Shown here piece after piece: positions 40,101-50,126 of a stretch of DNA of 64,000 bases (position 1 is the first letter of the stretch; each line of letters begins with the position of its first letter). The notes below the pieces were generated by a model. It was given only the letters and a program-made list of their open reading frames with translations, was not told the DNA's origin and ran no database searches. The position numbers were made by a program, and so were the translations under genes. The stretch lies in contig OY759316.1 in assembly GCA_963662275.1 (NCBI GenBank), positions 832,001-896,000 on the forward strand. The letters are read 5' to 3'. This DNA comes from Candidatus Cloacimonadales bacterium. Its GTDB lineage: Bacteria > Cloacimonadota > Cloacimonadia > Cloacimonadales > DAONDQ01.

Positions 40101-41747
40101 GGCAGCGTTGCGATTACGAGTAATGATACGAACCATCTGACAAATAGTTTAACAGTTACAGGTATTGGTGTAACACCTCCCGAAATTAGTGTTAATCCTA
40201 TAGCATTAACGAAGGATATCATCCCCAATGAGACAGGTAGCGATACAGTAACAATCAGTAATGCAGGTGGAATGAATTTGAATTATACAATTGCATTACA
40301 AGCATCAAAAAGTATTGGGGGATCGACTTTCAGTTGTACTCCAACAAGTTTCACTCCCGGAAATACCGTGGCACTTACTCTTACGGTATATAATGGCAGT
40401 ACTGATACAGAATGGATCAAGGATATTAATCTTACGTTACCCACAGGTGTTACTGTTGTAAGCAGTACAAGCTTTATTGGAGGTTCTGGTGGAGATATGG
40501 TGTCTAGCGGAACAACCGGAAATGGAGTAACAATCAATTGGCATGGTGAAACAACAAGTGGCTGGGGCTTTGTACGTGATACTGAAAGTGCGACTTGTAC
40601 AGTGAATATAAGCACATTAGGTTCTTTCGCTGGAGATTTGACACTGAGTTATCAGATTAGCGGAGATGTTTATGGTGCAGAACCTCATGTTATTAATTCA
40701 TCACTTTCTTTATCAAACCTTGGTTCAACTGTACCATGGCTGAGTGTTGCACCTGCATCGGGAACTATCATCGGTGGAGGTTCTGCAGATCTGGTAGTCA
40801 GCTATAATTCAACCGGTATGATTGCCGGTACATACAATGCTGCTATTTTAATCAATTCCAATGATACAAGCGCACCGCTAAAAGAGGTTGCTGTGACGAT
40901 GAATGTTGGCATTGTTAATCATGCTCCCTCGATCGCATTACCTGCTGCTTGGAATTATGATAAGGGAACTACATTAATCAAGGATTTCACAACGTACATA
41001 AATGATGCTGACAGTGATCCAATTTCTATTACATACAGTGGTAATACACATATTCATATACTTGTCAATAATCATAGTGTTACTTTCAGTTCAGATGAAA
41101 ACTGGGTTGGCATGGAAAATATTACTTTTACAGTAGATGATGGACAGGGTGGAACTAATCTTGATCAGATCGCTATCACAGTAAATCCCGTCAATACACC
41201 AGCCTGGACTCCTGTTGTCTATCCGAATAACTCCGCAACAATTTATTCATTAGTGACGATAGATGGTTTACCAGCAATCGCTGGAGATATTGTAGGTGCT
41301 TTTGTTAATGATGAATGTCGAGGAACAGGTACTGTTGTTTCTGATCGTTCAGCTTATGTGACGATGCTGATAAATGTAGCTGCCAATGGTGAAACCATAC
41401 ATTTCAAACTATATGACTCCGGTTCTGATGTATTATACGATGCGGAGAACACAATTACAGTAAATATTGGTGAAACACAGGGTGGACCTGGCAATTATGT
41501 TCCAGTGGAAGTCGTGACATCTGTGGCTGCTCCAAGTAATGTCCATCTTCAAATGCAAGCGAGCGATTTTACAATTGCCTGGCCTGTAGTTCAAAATGCC
41601 AATACATATCATGTTTATCGTTCAGCAACACCAGACGGTGATTATGTTGAAATTGCTGTTGTACATACGAATTCTTACAATGCAATTGATGCAACAGCGA
41701 GAATGTACTTCTACAAAGTAACGGCTGAAAAAGTCGTCTCTAAATAG
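34176..41747 (+). CDS. Lys-gingipain-like C25 cysteine peptidase with Ig, FN3 x4 and other accessory domains
   Basis: Signal and propeptide; YGRFS, NYTAHG (His), GNCC (Cys), WDEDYWW, YYWEIY..GDPSL. Confidence 0.92.
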   Translation: MKKLVLFFSILVLMTLSLTAVNVLQVGSKNDVRLISSSATSLLLHYDVDKVESFDISTKNGTFSSLSIEDYTSTNELGTPALPLNRRLISVPLGATVSLKISNSTSHEYSLQTAGVKFPIMPAQASVSKSSDPATLPFAYKSAAYMLNQYTDKPLIHVEELGIMRGVRLFAIDFEPVQYNPTTKMIKVWNNADVQVTFNDADLYATEQLRLKTYSPAFEGVYANSLINYGPVNDRASNLRSPMGYLIISAPALSSTMASFVTWKKQQGYNVTLVTTATTGTTTTAIKAYIQNIWTNATVANPAPSFLLLVGDIAEIPSFTSTTTSGHVSDLSYARLSGTDYVPEMYYGRFSASTTSDLQNIIDKTLMFEKTTMPDKTYLGKVDMIAGQDATFGPTHGDGQINYGTINYFNAAHGITSSTYLYAVSGTSDAQIIADVSAGRGYVNYTAHGDWDRWYDPTFTIANVATLTNTNKPAVMVGNCCLTNHFDDTVCFGEALTRAANKGAVAYIGGTNSTLWDEDYWWGVGAKKTTAQITSAGGVAPAWVASKIGTYDAIFHEHSEASTDWATFMGAMIYMGNLAVTQAASSNTNYYWEIYSVMGDPSLSPYMGVPATNAVTAPGTVLIGATSFTVQAAVNSYVCLSQGGTIYGVGTIGSGGSLTMTITPFTTAGTADLVITCQNKITYISSITIAPSSGAYMTVDSNVYADGVNNVLESNETGHFNTTFKNIGTATATNTVATLSTTASGITITDNSETIASLAAGASTTVNSAYTFSTANNIADQTSIPFHIAMVSGTSTWTYDANSIINAPVLAFGTITISDPTGNNNGRIDPGETVTVSIPLNNTGHAATATGTVTMASTTSGVTVTNGTYNAASISASGTATATFTMTVASNVAVGSVVTLNFNATAGAYTASKTETPAVGIVSETFETGNLLSQSWITVGTPAWAVVNTGAHGGTYCAKSGAITNSQTIDLKVTMNITTAGNISFYQMVSSESGYDFLKFYIDATETGSWSGTTATAYTQASYPVTVGSHTFKWTYLKDGSTATGSDCAWIDDIVFPPTSGSVYTFDPPRTPAAVAKNGAVTLTWTAPATGTPASYKVYRGGVAVASSITGLTYTNTGLTNGTSYSFYVTAVYTSPASGESAASSTVSAIPIAAIPTGLAAVAKNGKVSLTWVAPTTETPTGYNVYRNSVKITATPITALTYSDTGLTNGTSYSYYVTSVFTSPAAESAASSTVSATPIASIPTSLAAVAKNGTVNLTWTAPTLETPNGYNVYRNGTKITATPITTTTYSSTGLTNGTSYTFYVTSVYTTPAGESAASSTVSATPIAAIPTTLTATAGNALVNLSWTAPTTETPNGYNVYRNSTKITATPITTTTYSDTGLTNGTSYTYYVTSVFTTPAGESASSNTASATPNSSSVVTIGTGTASTSRYPLSSYWGYERQASLFTSTEVGTTGNIQTLSWWPTVTTTASIPVKIYMTTQTGTTIASATWATLISGATTVYNGTIAGLTAGAWKTIDITDFAYTTNNLLIMVECNYGSSGSGSSTGAAFRYTASATNMVESWAADDTAPTTTGTLSTNRPNIQMAIGAISTNPIFSVSPTSLTFSTTMINTTTATQTLTVTNTGGGTLTISSCAKIGTDAAMFSLTDTNTYSKVLTSGQSMTVTVAFAPTSVGAKTAAIRFTDTLTKSTHDVALTGTGYNPTITSFPFSESFDGTTFAPADWTNQRLVGTYSPGTWDRQTAGTNPTCTPHSGLGMARYNSYTITANTHGVLSTPPMNITTNSFRVTFWMYRDVNTTYTTSKYSDEGVSVWYGTSPTDTTLCTKLGFVPLNSTFAPTVTTAGWYQYTYSFGTGSAGNAKYVIFKGKSQYGDNIFMDDVTIDAAVAAPVFSMSPASLDFGTVTTGQTATRTFTITNSGGASMTGNITPPTGYSVVQTSKVTNSVLDKTRSTLAYTLGIGATGTFTVTFTPTLGQTYSGSVAITSNDTNHLTNSLTVTGIGVTPPEISVNPIALTKDIIPNETGSDTVTISNAGGMNLNYTIALQASKSIGGSTFSCTPTSFTPGNTVALTLTVYNGSTDTEWIKDINLTLPTGVTVVSSTSFIGGSGGDMVSSGTTGNGVTINWHGETTSGWGFVRDTESATCTVNISTLGSFAGDLTLSYQISGDVYGAEPHVINSSLSLSNLGSTVPWLSVAPASGTIIGGGSADLVVSYNSTGMIAGTYNAAILINSNDTSAPLKEVAVTMNVGIVNHAPSIALPAAWNYDKGTTLIKDFTTYINDADSDPISITYSGNTHIHILVNNHSVTFSSDENWVGMENITFTVDDGQGGTNLDQIAITVNPVNTPAWTPVVYPNNSATIYSLVTIDGLPAIAGDIVGAFVNDECRGTGTVVSDRSAYVTMLINVAANGETIHFKLYDSGSDVLYDAENTITVNIGETQGGPGNYVPVEVVTSVAAPSNVHLQMQASDFTIAWPVVQNANTYHVYRSATPDGDYVEIAVVHTNSYNAIDATARMYFYKVTAEKVVSK

Positions 41748-41759
41748 CGTTTATACTAT

Positions 41760-41798
41760 GCCAGGATCAAACTTATAAAGTCTGATCCTGGCTTTTTT
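41760..41798 (+). terminator. Rho-independent terminator
   Basis: GCCAGGATCA / TGATCCTGGC stem followed by T6. Confidence 0.8.
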
Positions 41799-41854
41799 AC
41801 AATGAGCGATAATATGTTAGATAAGAATGTAATTAACTAGGATGGAAAAAGAAA

Positions 41855-41956
41855 ATGAAAATAGTGCTTTTAACTCTGTTGTTCCTTCTCTCATCTCCAT
41901 TCTTAATAACGCTTCTGGGAAAAAGGCATTCCCAGTATAAGGAGAGCGATTCATGA
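41855..41956 (+). pseudogene. 33-aa remnant resembling the carboxypeptidase signal peptide
   Basis: MKIVLLTLLFLLSSPFLITLLGKRHSQYKESDS; aligns with the start at 46878 and its upstream region; stop overlaps next ATG. Confidence 0.65.
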
Positions 41957-44900
41957 AACGAATAGTAATACTGGTTCTTTTAATTATGGTCTGCGTAGGC
42001 ATATCAGCAGAAATCTACCGTATTAATCCTGGTCAGAACAGTGTGAATCTGATCACATCAGATCAGCAGCATACACGCATTTCTTTTGACATATCTAACT
42101 TTGAATATCAGCCGGTTAAAATCGGTAATGACACTTACTATCAATTACAACTGGGCAAGGAAGCCAATTCCTATGAAAAAGGATATCCTGAAGTTCCGCA
42201 AATTCACAGGAACATCATCATTCCGAATAATGCCAAGATGTCTGTCAATTTATCAGAAAGCAACTTTATTGACATCCCTATGGCAGTGGCTCCTTCCAAG
42301 GGTGCAATTACACGTAATATTGATCCTCAGACTGTACCTTACTCTTTTTCTCCCATATATCAGAAGGCTGAATTTTATCCTTCGACAACAGCCGAACTCA
42401 GTTCTCCTTTTATTATGAGAGATTTTCGTGGAATTACAGTAACTGCCAGTCCTTTCATTTATTATCCAATGACTAAGACACTTCGTGTTTATACACATAT
42501 GGTATTGGATATTAAAGCGACTGGCGCAGATACAATGAATACTTTGAATCGAAGTTCCAATGAATATAGTAAGTATTTCGAAGAGATATATCGGAATCTA
42601 TTCATCAATTTTACACCAGATAGATATACTTTAGTAAATGACCGCGGTCGTATGATCGTCATTGCTCCAAGTAGTTATTTAACCACAGTTCAACCTTTCG
42701 TGAATTGGAAGAATCAGAAAGGGATAAAAACAACATTAGTCGATGTTGCATCCATTGGTTCGACCGCAGCTTTACTGAAAGCATATATTCAAACTCAATA
42801 TAATCTTGGTGATGGGCTTATCTTTGTTCAACTATGCGGTGATATTGGCCAAATACCTTCTTTTTCAGTTACTTATGGCGGTGCCTCTGGTGGTTCAGAT
42901 CCTACTTATTCTTTATTAGCAGGAAGTGACTACTATCCTGAAATTATGATCGGTCGTTTTTCTGCTGAAACAACAGCTCAACTACAAACCCAGGTGGATC
43001 GCTCCATTCAGTACGAACGTGATCTGACGACTTCTGCAACCTGGCTTCAAACGGCTGTTGGAATTGCCTCTGATGAAGGTGGCAGTGGTGGTGATGCAGG
43101 AGAGTCTGATGCCATTCATATGAATAATATTCGTACTCAACTTCTAAGCTATGGCTATACGACGGTTGATCAAACATACCAATCAACAGGTCCAACGACA
43201 GCTACTTTTGCTGCAAATGTGAATACAGGGCGGGGTTTCATAAATTATTGCGGTCATGGAAGTGATACAAGCTGGTGGTGGAATCCATCTGATTTCTTTG
43301 CAAATACGAATGTCACTGCATTGACTAATACTAATAAACTGCCTTTTATTTTCAGTGTTGCTTGTGTGAATGGTAACTTTACTACAACAACTTGTTTTGC
43401 TGAAGCATGGCTGAGAGCCACAAGCAGTAGTTTGCCCACAGGTGCAGTTGGTTTCTATGGAGCCAGTATTAATCAAGACTGGGCTTCTCCCATGTTAGCG
43501 GAAGACGAATTCACTGATCTCCTAACCGCAGGTACAAAAAACACACTTGGTGGTCTTTACTATAACTCGTCCTGTAAAATGATGGATAGCTATGGAGCTA
43601 CGAGTACCAGCAGTGGTGCCAATATGTTTCTTACCTGGAATATCTTTGGTGAACCTTCATTACAAATTCGTACGAAGACCCCATCTACAATGACCGTAAG
43701 CTATCCTGTCAGCATTCCTATCGGAACTAGCTCAATTACTGTATCCACAGGTATTACGGATGCGAAGGTTTGCCTTTCCTATGCCGGTACGATTTTGGGA
43801 ACCGGATATACAGCAAGTGGAGGTAATGTTACCTTGACTCTAACAGGTGTTCCTACCGTCCCATCTACTTTAACAATGACAGTAACTGCGTTCAATAAAG
43901 TGACTCATGTAGGTTCTGTTGCATTAGTTGCATCTTCTCCATATCCAGCTCCACAAACTTTAACTGCAACTGCCTTAAATAAACGTGTCATCTTGAATTG
44001 GGCAGTTCCATATTCAGGTACTCCTTCCAGTTATAAAGTATATCGTGGCGGAGAAGTCATTGTTTCTGGACTCACTGGATTAACCTACACGAACACCGAT
44101 TTAACAAACGGAACATCTTATTCATATTACGTTACTGCTGTTTATACTTCCCCAAGTGCTGGTGAATCAGAAGCCAGCAATACTGCCAGTGCTACACCGA
44201 TTGCTTCGATTCCAACAGGTTTGGCTGCCGTTGCTAAAAATGGAACAGTCAATCTGACTTGGACTGCACCGACACTCGAGACGCCCAATGGATACAATGT
44301 GTATCGGAATAGCGTGAAGATTACAGCGACACCTATTACGACAACGACATACAGCAGTACAGGCTTAACGAATGGGACTTCTTATACATTCTATGTAACT
44401 TCTGTGTTCACTACCCCGGCGACTGAATCCGCATCCAGCAATACTGTCAGTGCTACACCGATTGCAGCAGCACCAACTTCATTAGTTGCCACTGTTGGAA
44501 ATACTTTGGTCAGTTTGTCCTGGACAGCTCCGACCAGCGAAACCCCGAATGGATACAATGTATATCGGAATAGTGTAAAGATTACTGCAACTCCTATCAC
44601 AGTGTTAAATTACAGTGATACTAGTGTCATTAATAGTGTCACATATACATATTATGTGACTTCAGTGTTTAATACCCCAACAGCAGAATCTGCTTCCAGC
44701 AATACTGTGAGTGCTACTCCAAGTAATGCCACAATGGTGACAATTGGGACAAGCTCTTCAACGTCGAGACGTCCTTTAGCAAGTTATGATGGTTATGAGC
44801 GTACTGCAAATTTATTCACAGCGGCTGAAGTTGGTACGACCGGTAATATTCAAACCCTTTCCTGGTATCCTACAGTTACAACAACAACTGCAATTCCTGT

Positions 44901-46770
44901 TAAAATTTATTTGAAATTGACAACAAGCACTTCTCTTTCACCAGCAGGAACGTGGGCTTCAATAATCAGTGGTGCCACAACAGTATTTAACGGAACCATA
45001 ACAGGTACAACAGCAAATACCTGGAAGACTATTGACATAACAGATTTTGCATATACTGCCAATAATCTTATGATCATGGTAGAATGTAATTATGGTGGTA
45101 CAGGAAGTGGAACAGGTTCTTCTACAGGTGGAGCATTTAAGTATTCAACATCCGGTTCAAATATGGTAGAAAACTGGTTTCAAGATTCATCCGCTCCAAC
45201 TGGAAGTGGGACACTATCCACTAACAGACCTAATATTCAGATGTTAATTGGTTCTATTACTCCTATCTTCAGTATTAGCCCCACATCCTTGACATATAGT
45301 TCTACACAAATCAATACAACATCTACTTCCCAAATCCTGACAGTTTCCAATACAGGACAAGGTACACTGACAATCAATTCCACAGCAAAAATAGGGACAG
45401 ATGCAACCCAGTTTACTTTAACCGATCCCAATACTTATCCAAAGGCATTAACAGCAGGACAGAGTATGAGCGTAACAGTGGCATTTGCACCCACATCTGT
45501 CGGCGCAAAGACTGCTTCCATCCGCTTTACAGATACGACAACCCATGATGTAGCTTTAGCAGGAATAGGGACAGCTCCACCTCAAATTACTGTTAATCCA
45601 TCGTCACTATCCGCTTCTCTTATACCTGAAACTACTGGAAGCGAGCAAGTTACATTAGGCAATTCTGGTGGAGTATCATTGAGTTATTCGATAACCATCA
45701 GTTACTCTTCACGTTCAAATATTAAGAATGTAGTTAAGTTGTTGGAAAGAACCATGTCCTGGCTGAGTGTCAGTCCTCTTTCTGGTAGTATTGCCGGAAA
45801 TGGTTCAACACAGTTATCAATTAATTACAATTCAATCGGTTTAGCCTCTGGAACCTATGATGCTACAATCGTCATTACTTCCAATGATCCTGTTACTCCA
45901 ACAAAGAATATTCCTGTTCATTTGGTTGTACCGGTTGTCAATCATACGCCTACGATTACATTACCTGCATCATTCAGCTTTGATAAGAACGGATATTTAA
46001 ACCAGGATTTCAATGATTATGTAGCTGATGCAGATAATAATAGCTTTTCTCTCACATTTAGTGGAAACATGCATATCCATTTGGATATGAATGCCTTACA
46101 GGTTACTTTCACGGCTGATGCAGATTGGATAGGTACAGAGAGTATAACTTTCACAGTAGATGACGGATATCGGGCAATTGCTTCAGATAGCGTCGAAGTT
46201 ACCGTGAATCCAGTCAACATACCAAACTGGGTACCTGTCGTTTATCCGAACACCCAGGCTGTTATTTATACTTCAGTAACCATTGATAATGCTGCTGCTG
46301 AACCCGGTGATATCATTGCCGCTTTTGTGAATGGTGAATGCCGTGGTTCCGCTGTTCTAGAAGCCAGGCGTTCCACATCAGCAACATTGTTAGTCAATGT
46401 GGCAAATAATGGTGAGTTAGTAAGTTTTAAACTCTATGATCTATCCACAGATGAAGTGTTTGAAGCGACAAATACTGTTACTATCGACATTGGCGTAACT
46501 CTTGGAGCACCTAATAATGATATCCCTGTGGACATCGTTACTATAGTGGAAGCTCCTGCCAGTGTGCAGTTGCATCAAGTTGTTGCTAATTTTACTATGA
46601 GTTGGCCATCAGTTGCCAATGCCAATACATACCATGTTTATCGTTCAACGACACCAGGCGGTGATTATGTTGAAATAGCTACAGTACATACGAATTCTTT
46701 CAATGCAATTGATGCAACAGCGAGAATGTATTTCTATAAAGTAACTGCTGAAAAAGTCATCGCAAAATAG
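41953..46770 (+). CDS. Arg-gingipain-like C25 cysteine peptidase with FN3 x3 and Ig-like domains
   Basis: R-YTLVNDRGRMIVI, IGRFS, ESDAIH, NYCGHG, VACVNGNF. Confidence 0.92.
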   Translation: MKRIVILVLLIMVCVGISAEIYRINPGQNSVNLITSDQQHTRISFDISNFEYQPVKIGNDTYYQLQLGKEANSYEKGYPEVPQIHRNIIIPNNAKMSVNLSESNFIDIPMAVAPSKGAITRNIDPQTVPYSFSPIYQKAEFYPSTTAELSSPFIMRDFRGITVTASPFIYYPMTKTLRVYTHMVLDIKATGADTMNTLNRSSNEYSKYFEEIYRNLFINFTPDRYTLVNDRGRMIVIAPSSYLTTVQPFVNWKNQKGIKTTLVDVASIGSTAALLKAYIQTQYNLGDGLIFVQLCGDIGQIPSFSVTYGGASGGSDPTYSLLAGSDYYPEIMIGRFSAETTAQLQTQVDRSIQYERDLTTSATWLQTAVGIASDEGGSGGDAGESDAIHMNNIRTQLLSYGYTTVDQTYQSTGPTTATFAANVNTGRGFINYCGHGSDTSWWWNPSDFFANTNVTALTNTNKLPFIFSVACVNGNFTTTTCFAEAWLRATSSSLPTGAVGFYGASINQDWASPMLAEDEFTDLLTAGTKNTLGGLYYNSSCKMMDSYGATSTSSGANMFLTWNIFGEPSLQIRTKTPSTMTVSYPVSIPIGTSSITVSTGITDAKVCLSYAGTILGTGYTASGGNVTLTLTGVPTVPSTLTMTVTAFNKVTHVGSVALVASSPYPAPQTLTATALNKRVILNWAVPYSGTPSSYKVYRGGEVIVSGLTGLTYTNTDLTNGTSYSYYVTAVYTSPSAGESEASNTASATPIASIPTGLAAVAKNGTVNLTWTAPTLETPNGYNVYRNSVKITATPITTTTYSSTGLTNGTSYTFYVTSVFTTPATESASSNTVSATPIAAAPTSLVATVGNTLVSLSWTAPTSETPNGYNVYRNSVKITATPITVLNYSDTSVINSVTYTYYVTSVFNTPTAESASSNTVSATPSNATMVTIGTSSSTSRRPLASYDGYERTANLFTAAEVGTTGNIQTLSWYPTVTTTTAIPVKIYLKLTTSTSLSPAGTWASIISGATTVFNGTITGTTANTWKTIDITDFAYTANNLMIMVECNYGGTGSGTGSSTGGAFKYSTSGSNMVENWFQDSSAPTGSGTLSTNRPNIQMLIGSITPIFSISPTSLTYSSTQINTTSTSQILTVSNTGQGTLTINSTAKIGTDATQFTLTDPNTYPKALTAGQSMSVTVAFAPTSVGAKTASIRFTDTTTHDVALAGIGTAPPQITVNPSSLSASLIPETTGSEQVTLGNSGGVSLSYSITISYSSRSNIKNVVKLLERTMSWLSVSPLSGSIAGNGSTQLSINYNSIGLASGTYDATIVITSNDPVTPTKNIPVHLVVPVVNHTPTITLPASFSFDKNGYLNQDFNDYVADADNNSFSLTFSGNMHIHLDMNALQVTFTADADWIGTESITFTVDDGYRAIASDSVEVTVNPVNIPNWVPVVYPNTQAVIYTSVTIDNAAAEPGDIIAAFVNGECRGSAVLEARRSTSATLLVNVANNGELVSFKLYDLSTDEVFEATNTVTIDIGVTLGAPNNDIPVDIVTIVEAPASVQLHQVVANFTMSWPSVANANTYHVYRSTTPGGDYVEIATVHTNSFNAIDATARMYFYKVTAEKVIAK

Positions 46771-46877
46771 CGTTTATACTATGCCAGGATCAGGCTTATA
46801 AAGTCTGATCCTTGTATTTAAGAATAAGCGATATATGGTTAGCTAAGAAAGTAATTAACTGGGATGGAAAAAAGAAA

Positions 46878-49800
46878 ATGAAATTAGTCCATATTATTCT
46901 GTTGCTCTTTCTATCAATACCCATTCTTATAGCTGCAAATCCAACATATATCAATCATGGAGAAAGATACTTTTCTTTTCAGATTAACGATAGATCGGAA
47001 ATTCAGAAGCTGACCCGTATGATTTCCATTGATAATGTTCAGGGTAAAACTGTGTATGCTTATGCAAATCAGAAAGAATGGGATGAATTCAACAAACTGC
47101 AATATACAATCACTCCCTTGTTCCATCCTGGTACTTTAATTGATATTGTACCGAGTAATGATCGTGATATATGGGCATTTGATACCTATCCTTCATATAC
47201 CCAATATGAAACTATGATGACTACTTTTGCTTCAACATATCCCAATCTCTGTCAAATCTATACATTAGGAACATTAGCTAGCGGCAGGAAGATCCTTTTT
47301 GCCCACATCTCCAGTAATGTTGCCACTCCTGCTGCGAAACCGGAAGTGGAATATACTTCTACCATGCATGGAGATGAAACGACTGGCTATGTAACTATGC
47401 TTCATCTCATCAATGAACTTTTAAGTAAATACGGGACGGATACGCGTATTACGAACATGGTGAATAATCTCGATATCTGGATCAATCCTTGTGCCAATCC
47501 CGATGGAACCTATGCTGGTGGAAACGCTTCTGTGAGCGGAGCGACAAGAGGAAATCATAATGGAGTGGATTTTAATCGTGATTTTCGTGATCCTATTTTG
47601 GGCTATTTTACAAATCAAGAACTGGAAACAACTTTGTTCGAGGCTTTTGCAGATACACATCACTTTGTTCAAGTTGCCAACTTCCATGGTGGAGCTGAGG
47701 TAGTTAATTATCCCTGGGATGATTGGACAAGTTCTACATATACACATCCTGATGCAGCCTGGTTTATTACTGAAAGCAAGGCATACGCTGATACCGCAAA
47801 AGCAGTATCTTCATTTTATCTGACAAGTGTAACAGCGAGTGGTTATACAGAAGGTGGAGATTGGTACACGATCAATGGTGGCAGACAGGATTATACTAAT
47901 TATTTTTCACATGGAAGAGAAGTCACGATTGAGCTATCCAATACAAAGATGCCAGCAGCTTCTACTATGCTCACATACTGGAATTATAATTATAAATCAC
48001 TTTTCAAATATCTGGAAAGACCTTATTATGCGATACGTGGAACTGTTACAAATTCACTTGGCATTGGCGTAGCAGCCACAGTTACAGTAAACAGCCATGA
48101 TGCGATGAACTCAGAAATGATAACCGATCCGGCATTTGGAGATTACTATCGAATGATTGCTCCCGGAACATGGAGTTTGACTTTTTCAGCGGACGGTTAC
48201 AGATCTCAGACTATAAATAATGTTGTTGTTGTCGCTGGGGCTCCAACAGTATTAAATATTGTGATGCAAAGTATAGTAGAATCACCAACGAATTTGCAGG
48301 CAGTTGCTGGCAATGCTTCTGTGCGTTTGACTTGGACTGCCCCCACCGGGACACCAGATGGATATAAAGTTTATCGTAACAGTATTCTGATTACTCCAAT
48401 ACCCATTTCAGTCCCAACATATACGGATAATACAGTTACAAATGGGACTTTATATACATATTATGTGACATCTATATATACAAGTCCTGCCGGAGAATCT
48501 TCGCCAAGCGGTAACGCTACTGCAACCCCCTATGCAGCCCCACCTTCGGGGCTAACTGCCTTAGCCAAGAACGGAGCTGTTACTTTAACTTGGATTGCTC
48601 CGGTAACAGGAACACCTTCAAGCTATAAGATTTATCGTGGTGGTGTTGCAGTTGTTTCAAATATTTCCAGTCTGACATATACAAATTCAGGACTTAGCAA
48701 TGGTTCTAATTATAGTTTCTATGTGACTGCCGTGTACACAATTCCTATAGGAAGTGAATCCTCAGGAAGCAATACTGTTAATTCAACTCCGATTGCAGCT
48801 CCTCCAACAGCTTTAACTTCAGTTGCGGGAAACAATCAAGTTAGTTTATCATGGATTGCACCAATTAACGAATCACCTGGTGGGTACAACATATTTAGGA
48901 ATAGCGTTAAGATCAATGAAACTCCAATTACTATCACTTCCTATATCGATACTAGTGTCATCAATGGTATCAATTATTCCTATTATATCACATCCGTGTT
49001 CACAACACCTGCTGCTGAATCAGCAGCCAGTAATTCAGTGAATGCTACACCCTATGCAACAACTGTAATTACAATTGGAACTGGAACAAACACCCAAGCT
49101 TATCCTATGGATCGAAATTATATATATTCTGCTTATGAATCAATCTATCTTCAGAGTGAGATAGGTACAACTGGTACATTATCCAAGATTGGATTCTATA
49201 AATCCAGTGGAACTGATGTGAATGCCATAACCAATGTAACCATATATATGATGCATACAGCAGCTTCTACTCTAGCGACAGGAAATTACTCAACCGCAGG
49301 TTATACACAGGTTTATTCTGGGAACTATACGAATGATGGCACAGCAGGTTGGATGGAAGTTACATTAACCAATCCCTTTGTCTATAATAATACTAGTAAC
49401 CTGCAAGTACTAATCATGAAAGGCAATCAAACGAATACTAGTAATTATCCGCTTTGGAGATATACAAGTACGTCCACGAATTACCGGACTAGGTTCAATC
49501 ATAGTAATTCATCAGCACCAACAAGTCTTTCCAGGTCTTATTATCGGGCTAATATTCGCTTTACGATCATTCTCCCTGTGCCAAATCCAGTTTATGTAAA
49601 TAACCAAACCAGTTTTGATTTCGGGACAGTAACAACTGGTCAGGACTCTGTTCGTTCTTTTACAATTTCCAATAGTGGTGGTGGCACATTATTCGGAAGC
49701 ATTACTACACCACCTGGTTATACGGTTGCTCAAGCAGCGCGTATAAACACTTCGGATGAAAGAAATACTATGACATATAGCGTTATTGCAGGTTCACCGG

Positions 49801-50126
49801 TAACTTTCAATGTGACCTTTGCCCCTACCCTTTCTCAGATATATTCAGGAAATATTAGTATTACCAGTAATGATTCATCACATTCTTCGAACATCATTTC
49901 CGTGATAGGGGTTGGTAGAACAGAGAGACCGACGGGCGTTACAATTATAACAAATTCCGGTAATAGTACTCTTACATGGAATTCAGTACCCTATGCGACC
50001 ACTTACCACGTTTATCGATCTTCTACTCCAAATGGAACTTACAACCGGATTGATACGGTGTATACCAATTCATATGAGATCACTGATACAACAAGGATAT
50101 ACTTCTATTATATCACAGCAGAATAA
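46878..50126 (+). CDS. M14 zinc carboxypeptidase with CarboxypepD_reg, FN3 x3 and FN3-like terminal domain
   Basis: HGDE, NPDG, DFNRDF, NFHGG..NYPWD, GGRQDY, EVTIELS; start at ATG 46878. Confidence 0.93.
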   Translation: MKLVHIILLLFLSIPILIAANPTYINHGERYFSFQINDRSEIQKLTRMISIDNVQGKTVYAYANQKEWDEFNKLQYTITPLFHPGTLIDIVPSNDRDIWAFDTYPSYTQYETMMTTFASTYPNLCQIYTLGTLASGRKILFAHISSNVATPAAKPEVEYTSTMHGDETTGYVTMLHLINELLSKYGTDTRITNMVNNLDIWINPCANPDGTYAGGNASVSGATRGNHNGVDFNRDFRDPILGYFTNQELETTLFEAFADTHHFVQVANFHGGAEVVNYPWDDWTSSTYTHPDAAWFITESKAYADTAKAVSSFYLTSVTASGYTEGGDWYTINGGRQDYTNYFSHGREVTIELSNTKMPAASTMLTYWNYNYKSLFKYLERPYYAIRGTVTNSLGIGVAATVTVNSHDAMNSEMITDPAFGDYYRMIAPGTWSLTFSADGYRSQTINNVVVVAGAPTVLNIVMQSIVESPTNLQAVAGNASVRLTWTAPTGTPDGYKVYRNSILITPIPISVPTYTDNTVTNGTLYTYYVTSIYTSPAGESSPSGNATATPYAAPPSGLTALAKNGAVTLTWIAPVTGTPSSYKIYRGGVAVVSNISSLTYTNSGLSNGSNYSFYVTAVYTIPIGSESSGSNTVNSTPIAAPPTALTSVAGNNQVSLSWIAPINESPGGYNIFRNSVKINETPITITSYIDTSVINGINYSYYITSVFTTPAAESAASNSVNATPYATTVITIGTGTNTQAYPMDRNYIYSAYESIYLQSEIGTTGTLSKIGFYKSSGTDVNAITNVTIYMMHTAASTLATGNYSTAGYTQVYSGNYTNDGTAGWMEVTLTNPFVYNNTSNLQVLIMKGNQTNTSNYPLWRYTSTSTNYRTRFNHSNSSAPTSLSRSYYRANIRFTIILPVPNPVYVNNQTSFDFGTVTTGQDSVRSFTISNSGGGTLFGSITTPPGYTVAQAARINTSDERNTMTYSVIAGSPVTFNVTFAPTLSQIYSGNISITSNDSSHSSNIISVIGVGRTERPTGVTIITNSGNSTLTWNSVPYATTYHVYRSSTPNGTYNRIDTVYTNSYEITDTTRIYFYYITAE

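Noticed and set aside
37951..44400. Near-identical FN3 segments as a DGR TR/VR pair
   Set aside because: Differences are mostly synonymous third-position changes of all base types, not adenine-specific, and both copies are coding
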